From contig CBDCTJ010000003.1 of NCBI GenBank assembly GCA_965222115.1, positions 256,001-320,000 of the forward strand: a DNA stretch of 64,000 nt. The letters run 5' to 3'. Both the position numbers and the translations under genes were made by a program. Below, piece by piece: positions 60,948 through 64,000 of this stretch (the first letter of the stretch is position 1; each line of letters opens with the position of its first letter). The notes below the pieces were generated by a model, which was not told the DNA's origin, did no database searches, and worked only from the letters and a program-made list of their open reading frames with translations. The stretch comes from Planctomycetota bacterium (GTDB lineage: Bacteria; Planctomycetota; PLA2; JAEUHO01).

Positions 60948-61388
60948 ATGCGCCTCCCTCCATCCATACGCGCCGAGTTTCGACGCCAAGGCCGCAGGGG
61001 CGGCCATGAACGTGCAAGGCGACTGACACCAAGCGAGCGAACCACAATTGCTCGGCGTGCCGCAATACGCCGCTGGACCCAGGTACGTTTTGGTAACCCC
61101 AGCTTTGAAGTCTTAGGGCTTCCCGGCGGCGCAATGATCGACAAAGGCCTCAATGACCTTGCAGGCGAGATCGAGTCTCTTGAAAGCCTCGCCGTGTCCC
61201 TCGCCGCAACACGGCTACGGCGAGAGGGCGTACCCGTGCCCCGCGTATGCATTCCAGATCCGGACCATCGTCTTTACCGGATGCTTGAGTCAACAAGCGG
61301 CAACCTTGCACACGCTCGCTATTTGGCATGGCTTCGTCAGGTAGCATCATTCGCAGACGCGTGTCGTGTAGCTCGGCTGGACGACTAG
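60948..61388 (+). CDS. Hypothetical protein: basic N-terminal motif plus conserved helical domain
   Basis: GRRGG.ERARRLTP.ER..IARRAA..RW followed by LPGG..I..GL.DL...RLY..L...AHARY. Confidence 0.6.
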   Translation: MRLPPSIRAEFRRQGRRGGHERARRLTPSERTTIARRAAIRRWTQVRFGNPSFEVLGLPGGAMIDKGLNDLAGEIESLESLAVSLAATRLRREGVPVPRVCIPDPDHRLYRMLESTSGNLAHARYLAWLRQVASFADACRVARLDD

Positions 61389-61408
61389 CTACACGTGCGA
61401 AAGAGCGA

Positions 61409-61933
61409 TCAGTCGCGCGGCCCCCAATAGTTGTCAATCGCATGCTCAACTACATCTCGCTCGAGCGTGAAGTACTCATCTTCACTCAGCAAACGAAGAA
61501 ACGTACAGCACACATCCTTCTGCGCGCGATCCAGCGTGGAGAATCTATACACCGTATGGTCCCGCCACGTTCGTGCTCCATACCTGCGTGGATTCACCCG
61601 CTCTAGGCTTCGATCAAGCTCAAATCCCGACACCATATGGAACGCCATGCTTTGACGGTCAAGCAGTTTGCGCAGCTCAGCAATCATGTACCCCGGCATG
61701 AAGTGCCGGAGCGCTTCGTCCGAGAAGAAGCTCAAGGACGACCCAAACCCGTCAGGCGCCTGGTCGAGCTCTTCGAATGTGAGCTCCGACCAATGACCGA
61801 ATCGCTCGAACTGCTTTTGCAGCAACTGTGGCTCTTCGCCTTCAAGCGAGTCGCTAATGCAATGCTTCATCGGATAGGCAACATCCTTGAAGGCCTCAAG
61901 TATCTGTTTCTCGCACGCTTCGAACGCCGACAT
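61409..61933 (-). CDS. Hypothetical protein, DUF6714-like
   Basis: I.EAF.DV.YP, LSFFSDEALR.FMPGYM, RFSTL..AQ...V..FL pattern. Confidence 0.65.
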   Translation of the reverse strand: MSAFEACEKQILEAFKDVAYPMKHCISDSLEGEEPQLLQKQFERFGHWSELTFEELDQAPDGFGSSLSFFSDEALRHFMPGYMIAELRKLLDRQSMAFHMVSGFELDRSLERVNPRRYGARTWRDHTVYRFSTLDRAQKDVCCTFLRLLSEDEYFTLERDVVEHAIDNYWGPRD

Positions 61934-62081
61934 GATCCCAGTGTGCATGCGGGTACGCCCATTCCGGCAACAAAACGCTTGCGCTGGTTCACTTTGAGAC
62001 CGCGCGCGGATTTGCCCTGCGGCTTTCAAAGGCCGCACCAACGAGCTATGTTGCACAGCAGGCCTTGCCTGCGGTCTCAGT

Positions 62082-62555
62082 GTGCTCTACTTGATGTACA
62101 TTCAGCGCGTGCAAATCCTTCTCAATATCTTGAGGCTGGCAAGTGTCGTGGTTGCGGTAGTAGCAACCACGGTCATTCTCTTTGGTGGAGCCGGAAGGCC
62201 AGCGCTCACTAACATGCCCATCCTCGCGGCGCTCCTTATTGCGTACGCATGGGGTCTCGTCATCGCGTTGTTTCACGTTCGCCCCATTAAGCGCCCTACA
62301 CGCACGACAGGCTGGGCATTGCTGCCACTGGGCATTCAACTCAGTTACTACATGACGTTCTGGATCATGTTGGCGCTTGGCGCCACAGACCACAGACTGT
62401 ATGACTCAGTCTCCGTCGCAACAGTGATCTCGTTCTTTGCTGGCTTCGTTGCGCCGATAATTGCCATGATTGCTCTTCGACGAATCGAGCCACTGCTCAT
62501 CGTGGAAGTCGCAGGCCCTACGCTCACGTGCATGTATATGTGGACGTGGAGCTAG
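62082..62555 (+). CDS. Small multi-pass membrane protein
   Basis: About 5 hydrophobic segments; start uncertain. Confidence 0.5.
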   Translation: MLYLMYIQRVQILLNILRLASVVVAVVATTVILFGGAGRPALTNMPILAALLIAYAWGLVIALFHVRPIKRPTRTTGWALLPLGIQLSYYMTFWIMLALGATDHRLYDSVSVATVISFFAGFVAPIIAMIALRRIEPLLIVEVAGPTLTCMYMWTWS

Positions 62556-62624
62556 TGCACCGCACCGCGTCTCTTCCCAGCATCTCAGTGATCTTCGTAA
62601 CGCGAGAAGGCCAATCCAAGTGCT

Positions 62625-64000
62625 TTGGCTCTCTCTACGGTTGGTAGTGGTATTGGGGGCACGTCAGCGGCATCAGTCATCGCATCGAGACGTACACGGC
62701 GCGTACTCCTCGTTGATGACGAACCCGGCGTTCGATTGATCATGGGGTCAATCATTCAATCCGCGGGACATGAACTCGATACCGCCCGCGACGGATTCGA
62801 AGCACTTGAGAAGGTACGCAGTTTCAAGCCAGACGTTATCGTCATGGACATGCGAATGCCGGATCTCGATGGCCACGAATTGTGTAAGAAGCTCCAACTC
62901 GACTCTCGAACAGCTTTAATACCTGTTATATTCGCCACGGCATCCGAAGAGATACAAGACCGCGCACGCGCGTTCGCAGCGGGCGCCGTAGACTACTTGG
63001 TCAAGCCGATTGAGCGAGAAACGCTGCTTCATTCGTTGGAGGTTCATTTCGAAACTGCAGTTCGATGGCAAGACTTGCAGCCCGACCCGCCCTCTCGAAC
63101 AGATGTGCGCTCACCTAACTTTGGGAGATTTCGGAAGCTCTTTCTTGATGAGTTCGGTGACGGCCTTGACAACGCCGACGGAACGGTGTGTTCAACGTTT
63201 GATGAGTTGTGTAAGAGCGCTCTCCACATAGGTCTCACATCGGAATACTTGGCCAAACGCATCGCATCGTTTTTCAACGTCAGCTACTTACCTTCTGTTA
63301 ATCCGACGGACTTGAAACTCGGGGTTCTCCCGGCACCGTTCTGTAAGTCTCAAAGTGTTGCGACTCTGAATGCCGAAAAAAGTGGCGCGCGAGTCGTCGT
63401 CAGTAATCCGTTCAATCTTCAGTTGGCTGATGCACTCAAATCGGAGGGACTGCTTGAGTCTCCGTCGGACCTAGCGATTGCGACGTCCGAAACAATCCGC
63501 GCGTTATTCGAGGAAGAGAGACCCCCATCGGATCGCATGCCACTCACTAGCGTGGACAGCGCAGCTGAACGAGAAAGCGTAAATGATCTCGTTGCTTCAA
63601 CCAAACGCCGTCACGTTGTGAACGTCGCGAACTCAGTAGTCTTGAAGGCAGTCGAAGCTGGTGCCAGCGACATCCATCTACAGCCTCTGGGACACACGCT
63701 AGGCATTCGCCACCGAATAGATGGTGTTCTATACGATCAGGAACCTCTGCCACTCAAGTTGCAATCTGCCGTGTTGTCGCGTTTCAAGATCATGGCGAAT
63801 CTGGACATCGCGGAACGCAGAGTGCCGCAAGACGGCCGCATTCAGATACTGTTTGAGGATCGTCCGATCGATCTGCGTGTCTCGGTACTGCCTGCCAAGC
63901 ATGGAGAGAAAATTGTTCTACGAATTCTGGACAAGTCGAATTTTGAGATCGATGTAGATTCACTGGGATTCGATCGGACATCGCTCAAGAAGCTTCATCA
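62625..64000 (+). CDS. Response-regulator receiver fused to a GspE/PilB-family secretion ATPase (3'-truncated; absent from the ORF track)
   Basis: Manual translation gives RVLLVDDE...DMRMPDLDG...DYLVKP, then ASDIHLQP, RIDGVL, KIMANLDIAERRVPQDGRI, GEKIVLRILD. Frame is open from the TTG at 62625 to the window end. Confidence 0.9.
   Translation, partial: MALSTVGSGIGGTSAASVIASRRTRRVLLVDDEPGVRLIMGSIIQSAGHELDTARDGFEALEKVRSFKPDVIVMDMRMPDLDGHELCKKLQLDSRTALIPVIFATASEEIQDRARAFAAGAVDYLVKPIERETLLHSLEVHFETAVRWQDLQPDPPSRTDVRSPNFGRFRKLFLDEFGDGLDNADGTVCSTFDELCKSALHIGLTSEYLAKRIASFFNVSYLPSVNPTDLKLGVLPAPFCKSQSVATLNAEKSGARVVVSNPFNLQLADALKSEGLLESPSDLAIATSETIRALFEEERPPSDRMPLTSVDSAAERESVNDLVASTKRRHVVNVANSVVLKAVEAGASDIHLQPLGHTLGIRHRIDGVLYDQEPLPLKLQSAVLSRFKIMANLDIAERRVPQDGRIQILFEDRPIDLRVSVLPAKHGEKIVLRILDKSNFEIDVDSLGFDRTSLKKLH

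Noticed and set aside
41711-62555. Integron cassette array (many unrelated minus-strand genes)
   Set aside because: No recurring attC-like RYYYAAC...GTTRRRY sites and no integrase were seen.

Overview
A GC-rich (roughly 60%) bacterial chromosome segment. Gene content suggests Planctomycetota or a PVC relative, but that is inference. The left part (1-25 kb) holds housekeeping genes (CtpA-like S41 protease, pgeF, holB, tmk, a divergent DnaA, archaeal-type glyA, lgt, tyrS, rpsA, cmk) mixed with secreted peptidase-like proteins. The right part (25-64 kb) is accessory: a JmjC/GNAT/methyltransferase group, a large PQQ-dehydrogenase/cytochrome/LamG protein, a flavodoxin - GGDEF/EAL - putative Mn transporter - MnSOD cluster, SRPBCC proteins, a Ser/Thr kinase-FGE fusion, three paralogous YD/DxDxDG-repeat lipoproteins, an adenosine-deaminase-like enzyme, a transglutaminase-like protein and a REC-PilB/GspE ATPase cut by the window end. 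Items the ORF track misses: (1) a probable ArsC/Spx-family selenoprotein (in-frame TGA in a UxxC motif plus an fdhF-like SECIS hairpin) right after sodA; (2) four copies of a CTAG-flanked MITE/REP-like element, two of which supply gene stop codons; (3) a ~306-bp structured element bounded by ~59-bp inverted repeats. I saw no rRNA, tRNA, CRISPR array, transposase or integrase. Protein family calls come from motif recognition only, not database searches, and several start codons were re-assigned by eye.
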